From the NCBI GenBank assembly GCA_020184695.1, contig JAANOX010000130.1, positions 173,873 to 237,872 of the forward strand: DNA of 64,000 bases, written 5' to 3'. The stretch is from Histomonas meleagridis 2922-C6/04-290x (lineage: Eukaryota; Protista; Parabasalia). Every line of letters starts with the position of its first letter. Within the stretch, counting starts at the first letter, position 1. This document shows, one piece after another, positions 22,829 to 34,400 of the stretch. The notes below the pieces were generated by a model. That model saw only the letters and a program-made list of their open reading frames with translations, searched no databases and was not told where the DNA came from. Both the position numbers and the translations under genes were made by a program.

Positions 22829-23302
22829 TATTTTTGCGAATGCTTTTGGCGGGCATCTTGTGTTGTGGTACAAGGTTTGACAAACTTTGTTCAAATATGA
22901 ATTTTTTGCATTTAAATTTCTTGATATAAAACTAAAGATTTAAAGAATAAAAATTCCCAAAGTTTTGAAGGTTTTATGTTTATTAAAAATATTTTCTTAT
23001 TTAATGAATTTAGTTTGAATGTAATGCTCAAATTTCCCGCGCATTAATAATGTACGTTTATATTTATCAAAACTGTGAGGAACGTTTATTTTCCCAAAAA
23101 AGCTGTAACATCTCCAAAAGTCAGAAGCGTTTGAGGTTACCGGGAAATGAATGCTGTTTGATCGTCTTCACATGGAAACCTTGTCAAATTGTTTGAACGA
23201 TTTCGAGCGAAAACAGTATCCGAGCTGTTGAAAATTCAAAAGGAAATTGAATGAATACGGTTAACCACATCCAAAAAAACTCGTTTGTCCGCTATTTCTT
23301 TG

Positions 23303-24463
23303 ATGGCTTCCCTTGTTTCATTTACTTGGAGACATTGCATTCCACTTATAGTTGTATTTTGTGTATTGTCACTTCAAGGTTTTGATGAATCAACTCAAAC
23401 ATTTACACTCACTAACAAATATGATACTTCTTATGAAACTTATATAAACAAAACTATTCATGTTATTGTTGCTGATGGAGTAGATGTAGTTTTCGGACAT
23501 GCTTTTGAAGGTTCACCTAATTTAATTTCTGCAAAAATTGGTAATTCTGTAATTGAAATAAATAATTATGCATTCAACAGATGTCCAAAATTAGAGACAG
23601 TTGAAATTGGTGAAAAGGTTGAATTAATTGGCTGGTATGCTTTTAGTCAATGTAATTTAAAAGAACTTGAAATTCCAGGTTCAGTTAAAGAAATTGATTC
23701 GTCAGCATTTTTATTATGTGAGAATCTAATTAATGTTAATATTCTTGGTGAAAGTCTACAAACACTTGGTAGTTCATCATTTTCAGGTTGTTATGCATTG
23801 GAAAAGATCACAATTCCAAAATCAATTGTTACTATTAAATCCTCAGCCTTTTTTGCATGCAAAAATTTAATAACTATCAGTCTTGGTAATAATCTTGAAT
23901 TGATTGGGTCGAATGCTTTTCAAGGATGTGTGAAATTAGAAGGTTTTCCACTACCAAATTCTCTTGAAGAAATTGGAAGCAGTGCATTTGAGCAATGTTA
24001 TAAATTCACTAATATCACTATTCCATATAAAATCTTAACAATTCCAAGTGGAACATTTAGTTTTTGCACTGGCTTAAAAACAATTATAATTGAAGGAAAT
24101 GTAAAAGAAATTGGAGATGAAGCATTTGCACATTGCGAAAATCTTAATTGCATTTACTTTTATGGATTAAATGAGCCAAAATTTGGAAAAGATGTTTTTG
24201 ATGGTGTTCTTGTACAAGCAATTTTCTCTCCATACGATTATAAAAATGAATCATTTGGTGGTTTGGGTATAAGAAGAAATACAACAATTGAAGAATGTAT
24301 GGGTGCTGAATGGGAAGATCCGGAAAAAACAGAAAATATTATCATTATTGTTGTGGTGGTTGTAGTTGTCGTGGTAATCATTGGTGTGATTATCGGCGTC
24401 TGTATTTGTTGCAGGCGTAAGAATAAAAAAGTTTCCAATAAGGTAAATGAACCAGAACCATGA
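23303..24463 (+). CDS. BspA-like (TpLRR) leucine-rich-repeat surface protein with C-terminal TM
   Basis: Repeated I.IP.S...I...AF..C..L units, CIYFYGLNEP cap, TM IIIIVVVVVVVVVIIGVIIGVCICC, short basic tail. ATG at 23303. Confidence 0.9.
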   Translation: MASLVSFTWRHCIPLIVVFCVLSLQGFDESTQTFTLTNKYDTSYETYINKTIHVIVADGVDVVFGHAFEGSPNLISAKIGNSVIEINNYAFNRCPKLETVEIGEKVELIGWYAFSQCNLKELEIPGSVKEIDSSAFLLCENLINVNILGESLQTLGSSSFSGCYALEKITIPKSIVTIKSSAFFACKNLITISLGNNLELIGSNAFQGCVKLEGFPLPNSLEEIGSSAFEQCYKFTNITIPYKILTIPSGTFSFCTGLKTIIIEGNVKEIGDEAFAHCENLNCIYFYGLNEPKFGKDVFDGVLVQAIFSPYDYKNESFGGLGIRRNTTIEECMGAEWEDPEKTENIIIIVVVVVVVVVIIGVIIGVCICCRRKNKKVSNKVNEPEP

Positions 24464-24779
24464 AATAAAATAAAACAATAAATTATTAATAATTTTTTTT
24501 AATGATAATTGGTTATATATAGTATAACTAAATATAAAATATTTATTAGTTACATAAGTAGTATATTTACTTAAAATTATTAAACATATTAAGAGAAATG
24601 TAAATTATTTCAAAAGTTATTAAAAAGAAAAAACACAAAACTAAAAGCATTTACATTAAGAATTTCATTATATATATTTATATTAATTACATATGCTCAA
24701 TGAATTTATCTTCTCTGAAATCATATGCAAAAGAACCTTCTTCAATATTTGAAATAGATATTCATGTTGTGAATGTATT

Positions 24780-24950
24780 GTAGTTTGGTTATTATCATTT
24801 TGTTGTTAATTTCTTCTTTTTTATTTTTAATTCGAATCAATAATATAATAAGTAATGAAATTATAATAACAATAACAACGATAATACATACAATTATTAT
24901 GAGAATTGTTGGTTCATTATTATCATTTGTTTGCAATCCATTGCTATAAA
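24780..24950 (-). pseudogene. Isolated TM plus cytosolic tail of a surface protein
   Basis: EPTILIIIVCIIVVIVIIISLLIILLIRIKNKKEE resembles a BspA C-terminus. Confidence 0.4.
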
Positions 24951-25099
24951 TAAATGAGAAGAAATTTTAATAATAATTATAATATGTCGAATAAATGATA
25001 ACTGTGTAAACATAATAAATATATTTTGTTTCAATATAAATATATGATGAATGTAATTGTTCATAGATATGAAAAAGATTTCGTTAATTCATTTTGAAA

Positions 25100-25760
25100 T
25101 GATTTAGTGAAGCATAGAATATATTCAATTATTAAAAACACAAAATTCTCGATCTTGAATATCATTCTCCTCAGCCATATCAAAATTATGCTGATTATAC
25201 TGGAATTCAATGTTTGCAAGTTGCAATGCAATATCTCAGTATTCAAGTCGATCCAACATATTCTTAGATCAAATGAAACAAAATGGATTGATCCAAATGC
25301 AAGATTATGAATTCAAGGAGTAACAACGGATTGCAAAATTTTCATTTATCTTTATGATTCAGCAAGTATCCAACAAAAAACACAAAGAGCACAAACAAAT
25401 ACATCAAAGCTGGAAGCAAAACCACCAGCTGCCCAAGAACAAGAAATTGATGAATCAAAATTGACACCATTTCATCATGCAAAGCTTGCTATACAAAGAA
25501 GACAATCAAGCGCAAGTAATCTGTTACATCACCAGTAGCTGCACATAAACCAACACCACCTGCCAAACCTCAAGTAGGTGAGATAAACCTCTCTCTATTC
25601 CAGCGTGCCAAGATTGCAGCACAAAGGGGTCAACAAGCACCAGCTCCAGCATCAGCTGTAGCAAACCAACACCTGCACCTATCCAACTGCTATAGAAGAA
25701 ATTGATGAATCAAAATTGACACCATTCCAACGTGCTAAACTTGCAGTACATTGCAATTCC
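25100..25760 (+). pseudogene. Frameshifted Pro/Ala/Gln-rich gene with repeated EIDESKLTPF.(R/H)AKLA motif
   Basis: 31-bp direct repeat AAGAAATTGATGAATCAAAATTGACACCATT at 25441 and 25696, a third degenerate unit (NLSLFQRAKIAAQR), higher GC and broken frames. Confidence 0.45.
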
Positions 25761-25876
25761 ACCTTATAAATGGAATTAATGTTATAAATGGTTCTTTTCT
25801 ATACATTAGATTTTGAAAATGTATTACTTCGACTGAATGTATGCGATACTAAATTGCATTTACCTAAGAAAATGTA

Positions 25877-26140
25877 TTAATGCGAATTAATGTATGTGAT
25901 GCTAAAAATGAAATCATTGAAATTAGACTGTAATTTCCTTCTGGTGCTTGTACTGTTTGTATTGACAGCGAATGTAGTGCTTTCATATGTTGAATATGTT
26001 TTAACTGTTGTAACATTAAAAAATGGTCCAATTGGACTCTCCATAAGAATAAATACATTCAAGTGCATAACAATTACCAAATGCTGAATCTCCAATATCT
26101 CTTATTCCATTTCCAAGCGTTAATATTCTTAAATTAAAAC
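25877..26140 (-). pseudogene. BspA-like LRR fragment
   Basis: LTLGNGIRDIGDSAFGNCYALECIYSYGE matches the last LRR and cap of the intact BspA at 23303. Confidence 0.5.
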
Positions 26141-26396
26141 ATAATGAAAATGCTGAACAAAGATTAATTCGGTTTCAAGACGATTTTTGCATAATTTTTG
26201 CATAAGCAATATCAACATATTTATTATAGTTCATGATAAAAGTAATGCATGACTTTTTTCAAAGTGTTAAAACAAGAATTCAAATAAACACCATTTTTAA
26301 GAAAACAGAAGCCTGTAAAAATCACAGGTTGTTTGTGTGAAATGAAAAAACGTTAGTTATAGACGTTTATTATTTTTATTTTTTAACATACATTAA

Positions 26397-26900
26397 ATGA
26401 GCACAAACAATTCTTCGCGCTCTTCCACCCCAACTCCTGTAAAAAGGAAAGAAACAAAAGCTTGGTATGAAGCTCCATTAATGATACTGAAAAACAGAAG
26501 TGTCATAAAATTTTTGTTCATCATCACATGTATTAATGTTATAGCTTTATTGGGTACTTTTATTTCAGACAAAGTTGTAGGCTATGATGAAGAAAATCCA
26601 AAATGTGTAAATAGAGGTAAGCACACTAATTCAACCAATGATATCATTCTTGATGCTTATCTAAATAAGAGTCTCGAAACAGACTTCAATGAATTTCGCG
26701 ATTCATTGAATATCACAGAAAACAAAATTAAAAGAGTATTATTCAAGAAATGTAGCATCTGTGTGAAAGAAAATAAGTTTGTTCTTTGCTACATTCCCTA
26801 CTCACAAACAAGATTAATATACATATTATATATTTCTCTATTTGTTTCGATTGCATTGTTGTTGATTTCATTTCTTCTCCCAAAGAACAAAACTGATTAA
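26397..26900 (+). CDS. Two-TM membrane protein with Ser-rich N-terminus (paralog 1)
   Basis: 167 aa: SSRSSTPTP start, TM about aa 38-57, Cys-containing loop, C-terminal TM. Stop overlaps TAAA. Confidence 0.75.
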   Translation: MSTNNSSRSSTPTPVKRKETKAWYEAPLMILKNRSVIKFLFIITCINVIALLGTFISDKVVGYDEENPKCVNRGKHTNSTNDIILDAYLNKSLETDFNEFRDSLNITENKIKRVLFKKCSICVKENKFVLCYIPYSQTRLIYILYISLFVSIALLLISFLLPKNKTD

Positions 26901-27000
26901 ATAATAAACGTTTTTCTATTTTTGGCGCGCTTTTTACCTACTTTTTCAATGCAAAATGGACGTTGAATAGAAATTTCAATTAACTAACATCCAGGTATTG

Positions 27001-27588
27001 ATGAGTTCCTCTTCTCGTTCTTCTACACCAACACCATCTAAAACACCAACCTTTAGCAAAAAAGTTTACGAAATATGGGGCGGTGCAAGGCTTCTTGAAA
27101 AAGCAATTGTCTTTAGAATCTTCCAAATAATATCCATTTTATTAGCAATTGTTCTGATTAGTAACTTGCTTCCAAATTCACCAGCTCAAATACAATTGAT
27201 GAAGATGGCTGATGAACCTAAAAAATGTAAAGATGCTCTTTTGAATTTTGACGGCAAAGATTGCATTAAGCTTAATATTGAACCTTCGGAAGTTAACTAT
27301 GATGATAAAAAAGCAATTATAGCAATTTACAAACAAAATAAGAATATTGAAAACTACTTAGATTTTTTAAAGTTACTCAATGAAAATCAAACAAAGATGG
27401 CGAAAGATGTTATATTTCTATACTGTGATGTTTATGTGAACGATGATGGAAATTTGGTTTCATCATATAAACCAATTTCAACAAAATCTTTTTCGATCAT
27501 TGTTTTTATCTTGCTTGTTATTTCTGTCAGTTTCACGTTATTGTCTTATTTCATACGCAAGGATGCTGCTCAAGAAAAAGCCAAATAA
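27001..27588 (+). CDS. Two-TM membrane protein with Ser-rich N-terminus (paralog 2)
   Basis: Same SSRSSTPTP start and two-TM layout; ATG at 27001; stop overlaps TAAA. Confidence 0.75.
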   Translation: MSSSSRSSTPTPSKTPTFSKKVYEIWGGARLLEKAIVFRIFQIISILLAIVLISNLLPNSPAQIQLMKMADEPKKCKDALLNFDGKDCIKLNIEPSEVNYDDKKAIIAIYKQNKNIENYLDFLKLLNENQTKMAKDVIFLYCDVYVNDDGNLVSSYKPISTKSFSIIVFILLVISVSFTLLSYFIRKDAAQEKAK

Positions 27589-28411
27589 AACATAATTTTT
27601 CGTTTACATCATTTTTTTTTACCACAGAATTAACTCATATAAACATTTTTTTTCCTGCATATGAGTATCACATCTTCTGTACATGTGTGTACTGTTGTTT
27701 CATTTATATAGATAAAATTCAAACATAATTTTCTATGAATGTATGTATCATACACACTATTCTTATTAAATGTTTCATCCTTCGAAATGTCATCATCAAA
27801 AAATAAGGCTAAGAATGAAACACAATTAAAAGAAATAATGAATTATTCAGGTTGTTTTATTGTTCCTCTCAACATAGAGTTTTCTTTACCTTATCTATCA
27901 CTTCGTGTTTTATACCTAATTTTGGCAATATATTATCTATGAAGGTCGAATTTTAGTTTTTTTATCATGGAAAAAAAAATAGTTTTGGTATACTTTTTCT
28001 GTGTATTTTTGTCAAAAAATATTGAGATAATTGAAAGATATGGGATATCGTACATATTGAAAAAAATTTCAGCAAAAAAACGACATTTTGATCGTCGTGG
28101 CAACGATATGTCAAATTGATAAAAAATATTATGCCATGGATCGAATTCAAAAAGTGAAACATCAAACTAAAATTATTTAAATAAATATAGATTTTCGAAT
28201 CAATATTTTTTAAAATATAATAAACAATTAGAATTGTTTTTATGATTATAAAATATTAAATGAATATTATTTCTATCTTATAAAAAAAAATATTATGAAT
28301 TCAAATTTTTTTCAACATCATTATATCTGTCACGTACGATAAAAATGTTTTTTCTCAATTTTGCATATCGTTAAATGACGATCGTGTTGGCACGGTTATA
28401 AACTCAATCAG

Positions 28412-31400
28412 ATGTTTTTGTTTTCTGGAAACAATATTTTCACAAATAAATCCATAGTTAGCGATTTCAAGAAGCTGGTTGATTCTTTAAAAGAAGCCGA
28501 AGATCCAGCACAATGCATTGAATTTTACAATTCCAATTTTTTAGATAAAAATCCAGAAAAGCTAAAAAACGAGAATTTTGTTACCTCTGTTTTACGTTTG
28601 ATCCGTCATGTATGTTATAATTTTGATCAAATTTCACAAAATAATGAATATTTGACGTCGACTTTAAATTTCCTTAACTCTTCATTATTTTGGTGTGAGC
28701 TTGACCAGGCCACTAGTGTTCAACTGGCTACAATGTTTATAAAAGTTATTTCAATTACAAATAGTAATAATGCAGAATGGATTCCTCAAATTGCGCAATT
28801 AATCCTTAGCAAAGAATCAGTACTTGATTTTCTTTTTGAAGGAAACATGCTTTTAATTATTTGGAAGAAATGTTTTATTGAGTTAACAAATGAACATATA
28901 AGAAATCAAATTATTTCTATTTCCTCATTATATACATTTAAGACCTTAAAAAAAGTGGAATTATTTCTTAAAACCTTCAAAAAAGATCTTTTTGATAATC
29001 AAATAAATGAAAGCAATGCATTTTATTCATTCACATTTCATGGCTATGTCATCCGTAAACTTAAAACAGGTAATTATCTCACACAAATCTTACCCAAAAT
29101 CTTTGAAATTTCGAAGAAATTAACTGATTTCAGTTTCTTCGAAATGTACATTTCATCATCAGACGAATTAATATGGATTATAATGAACGAATTTCTACAA
29201 AACGAATTTCCCATTGACTCTTTGAAAACGTTAATAATTGCAATCGAAAAGTCACATGTTACGCCACCCGAAACATTTTCATATAAACCATTTATAACTA
29301 AAGCGATGAACATCGACTTTGATACGCAAAAAATGATTTTAACATTTTGCATAAAATGTAATTATGAAACGAAGAAAGAATTCATATTAAATTCGATGCC
29401 GATTTATGAGAAAGAAATTTCTTCATTAAATCTGAAAATTATTTTAGAGACAATTGAAACAAATGAATTTATAAATTATTTTATTTTTGATCGAACTATT
29501 GAAGAAATTACAAATTGTATTAATTTTGATAATGAATTTGTTTATATTATTTTATTGATAATATTTAATTATAAAAATATTAATTCCGAATTAATACAAA
29601 AGATATTAAAAACATTTTGTAACTGGTCAAATGAAGGATTAAACAAAACTGATTTTGAGAAATTAATGAAACCATTTTTAACCAAATATTCACCTATAGA
29701 TTATATGAAAGCGTTAATTGAAGAAATTATTAATAAGAAAAATGATAATATAATTGAAGTAACTACAAATATTATAAATCCGAATTTTAATAATATCTTT
29801 TTTAAGGAAAATGGTTCATTAATATTACCAGAAATAGTAAAATCTATTTCAGGATTAAACTTTTTAGCAGTTCTTTCACCACATAAAGAAATTGATGACT
29901 TTATACAAAACAATTTTTATACTTCTGAATTATGTAATTATAAAGAACAACAATTAATTAAATTAATGTGTGGTAAAAAACAAGATTCCGAAATCTGTGG
30001 AAGGATAACAATTCCATCATTATTTCAATATCTGAAAACATTTCAACTTTTAACACCTTATGATCAATATATTTGTGGTAAATATTATTCGAAAATTTAT
30101 GAACCTAAAAATGAACAAATTATGCAATTTGGTTGTCGTTATTTAACAGCTAAAGAAGCATTACAAATTAAAGAAGCAGCCGAATTTTTACCGAATATTA
30201 CATCACCAAGTTTTCTTCATTCGAATTTATATCAAATGGATCCAAACATAAAAAATTTAGAATTAACTTTTCCGAAATCTTTTTGTGACTCAATTTGGTT
30301 TATGATTGATACTATATATAATAAATCAACATTTGTTACGTTAAGTAATCATTTAATAGAAATTAATAAAGATTCGGAAATATTATTTGATGATCAAATA
30401 TTAATTAAATGTATAAAAAAATGTTGGCATTTATTTACGTTTTTAATTGAAGAAAAAGAACAAAATCAATTTGAATTAATATTATTTTTAGATTCGAAAA
30501 ATATTTATAATGGAATTATTAATAAATTCGATAATATAATCATAAGTAGTAATGATGAAACTAAAAATAATATGTTATGGTTTTTATCACCAAATATATT
30601 TTCGATTGAACAACCTATAGATAATGAAAAAATTAATTTGTTATATAAAAAAGGAAAACATCAATTTTCGAATAAACAAATTAAAGAAACGAAATATAAT
30701 AAATTAGTACCTTATCATGGGATATTAAAATATTTAAATATAATTGGAGATAATCATTTTATATTTCAATTATTAATTGATACTAATTCAGAAGAGAAAT
30801 GTAATTTCTTGATGAACACATGTTTTAATTTATTTGAATTAAATGTTTTCCCTAAAAAAGCATTTTTTAATTATTTACGATATGTAATTAGAAGAAAACC
30901 TTCTTTATATAATATACAATTTGAAAATATATTATTACATCAATTATCAAAAACATTTTTATTTGATAATACTTCAATTGAAGCGATTTTAGCTGATCCT
31001 TTAATATTATCTAAAATTAATGTTTCTGATTTATTTATATCAATAATTGATCAAAGTAATATAATGTCATTAAATAATAATTCTTTGTTTTCATCTATTT
31101 TAGATGCTTATTCATATTTCGAAATTAAAAATGATAAAAACATTGAAATATATTTAAAAATTATTGAACAATATATACAAAAGAAACCAAATTTCTTATT
31201 AAAAATTGCTTTAGTTATTACTGCGTTACCATTAAATTTAGATATAATTGAACAAAAACAAAATTCACTTTTAAATATTATATTAAAAGATCAAAATCTT
31301 TTTATTAAAATCTTTTCATCTGATTATATCTTTAAATTTATGTCACAATTACCATATAAATTATCATTAAAATTTTATGAATATATATCAAAAATTATTA

Positions 31401-34400
31401 TAAATGAACCGAATTATTATAATAATGAATCATTTAATAATTCATCAATAATATTTCAACCATTAACTAAAGAATATTCATTTTGGATAAGTAGTTTAAG
31501 GATTTTAACATTAAACGATTCGGAAGATATTGAAGACTTTTTACATTATAATATAAAGAAAAAAGAAATTTTACCAAAACTTTTAGAATATATAACTATA
31601 TTAATACCTAAAGATTATCAAGAAAATCAAAAGCAATCAATAACATTTCGAGTATTAAATGTAATTTTCTCATTAATCAAAAAAGATAATTTCGATTTAT
31701 TAAATATAATTCCTTCATTACAATTATTATCTACTTTAGGTTATTATGGATATTTACCAACTGTTTATCCATTTGTATTTACTAATAGTCCAATAAAACA
31801 AAATAAAAGAAGAGGTACATTAGATTTAAATGTTAAACAAGTTGATAAACAACAAAATGATGATAATGAATATTTATATATTAAAAAAGTTTTTGGTGAA
31901 ACGTTTTATAAAGAAATTAAAAATTATATGAAAAAACGTCAATCGAAACTTAAAGTTAAAATTGATTATAAAAATTATATAACTTCAAATCCTGATTTCC
32001 CAGAAGATGTTGAACAATTATTTGAATATCCTATTATTGATATTATTATTCATTTATCATCTAAAGCTTTAATTAAAGTTATAGAGAATAAAAACATTAA
32101 TAATCATTTTATGAAATATTTAATAAATTTAACGATACCTACAGCTGATGTATATTCAGAAATTGGTTATCGAATGCATCAAAAGATTATATTAAATATG
32201 TTTCATGAAATCGAAAAAATTTCTAATGAATTAATGGTAATATTTTTAGAATTTATAATTCCTCGAATATTAGAAGGTTGGTGGGATAATAATACAATTA
32301 ATTTATTTGAAGTCGTTATAAATCATATACAAATATTTAATCATTTTATTTCGAATTTTATAATTGCTTTATTAATTAGATCAAATATAAATGAAAAAAC
32401 AAAAATCATTGAATTAACTTTAAATTTAAATATTTTTGATTCTTTAACGAAAAATGAAAATTTTGTTTCTTCTTTAATTAATTTATCAATAAATAGTAAA
32501 AATTTATCAATTGAAAATGCAAAAATTTTAGGGAATTTAATATGTCAAAAAATAGAATGTCCATCATTAAAAGAAGCACTTGAAAATGATACATTAAATT
32601 ATTGGTTACAATGTAATAAGAATTATGAATTAACATTTTTAAGTCATTATCAATCAATAATGTCATTAGCTATGGAGCCATCACAAAAGTTATGTTTAGA
32701 ACGTATTAAAAATTCACGAAGATCATATTCTATATTAGTTCGTACAACAACTAAAGAACATTATTTAGAAATTGCTTATTTACGGAAAGCAGTTTTATTT
32801 GATTTCTTTTATCGCTTAAACAAAAGTAATATCAATCAATCAATACCGATTTTAAATTTATATAAAACGCAAAAATTATTAAAATTATGTGAAAATCCAC
32901 CAGATAAATACTCAATAATTTCTACATTAAATCCTTTAGTTACACCTACAAAATTAATACCATTATTATTCCCTTATGAATCAGATTATAAGAAATCATC
33001 AAAAATCATTTTACCACCAATATCAGAACATGTTATTGATTGTAATTGTATAATACCTTCATTATCACATAAATTCCAAGCACCAAAATGTTTAGAAGGT
33101 TGGAATTTACCACCATTCTTTAATGTAGCTATATTACATTTAATTAAAATTCGTTGTGGTATTAATTCGATTGTTTTTCCATGTGATATCTTAGTTAGTC
33201 ATGATGTATTATCATCAGTTGGATTAATTAATGATCAAATGTTATATATATTACTTAATGCTAAATATAAAGATAATGAAATCATTTTATTAAAAATGAG
33301 TTCAATATCACATTATGCATTTATTGAAAATAGTGTTCATGGAGTATATTGTGATTCATTTTTATTCTTAAATCATATAATATTATCGATACCTATTAAA
33401 ACTATAGGTTTAATTGTTCCACGTTATTATATATTCGATCCTATTTCACTCGATTTATATTTGAAAAATGGGTCACAAATTACAATTCATACTGATCCTG
33501 AAATACGAAATAAATTAATTAATTTATGTAAAAATATTTCATATAACTTTAATAAAAGAGGTTTATCATTTACATGGTATTTAACAAGGAAACCTATCGA
33601 ATCGATTACAAGATTTTGGTCAAATAAATTAATGTCGAATTATGAATATTTGTTATATTTAAACTTGGTATCAAATCGTTCATTTAATGATTATTCACAA
33701 TATCCAGTATTCCCATGGGTAATATCGAATTATTCGAATGATGACATTAATAGTTATCGAGATTTATCTAAACCTATAGGTCAATTAGATCCAAAACGAG
33801 CCCAAAAATTCGATGAAGTCTTTATCGAATCGAAAGAAAAGTTTTTTTATGGTTCACATTATTCAAATCCTGCATTTGTATTTCATTATATGTTACGTAT
33901 AGAGCCTTATACATTATATAATATTCATATTCATAATGGTTTTGATCATCCTGATCGAACATTTGTCTCGATTGATGAAACTTGGAAATCAATAAGTTCA
34001 TTAAATCAATCAGATTTAAAAGAACTAATTCCACAATTTTATATATTTCCTGAAATGTTTACGAACATTAATAAATATCATTTCCCTAATAGAACTAATG
34101 GTGTCTCAATAGATAATGTAAAATTACCTAATTGGGGTAATACACCAATTAAATTTATTTGGGAAATGAGAAATGCGCTCGAACAAAGTCAGTCAATTCA
34201 AGAATGGATTGATTTAATATTCGGTTATAAACAAAAAGGAAATGAAGCTTTATTAGCTAAAAATATATTTCATCCATTTACATATGGAAAAAATTATAAA
34301 GATCCGAAAGATAAAATTGCAGCTAATGATACGATTATTAATTTTGGACAATGTCCAATCCAATTATTTAAGACAAAACATATCCACAGAAATAATGAAG

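Noticed and set aside
22829-22894. N-terminal extensions given by the track for SMC1, RPS8, USP, Nup155 and the Rab at 62025
   Set aside because: Homology starts at downstream ATGs; several track starts are non-ATG codons.
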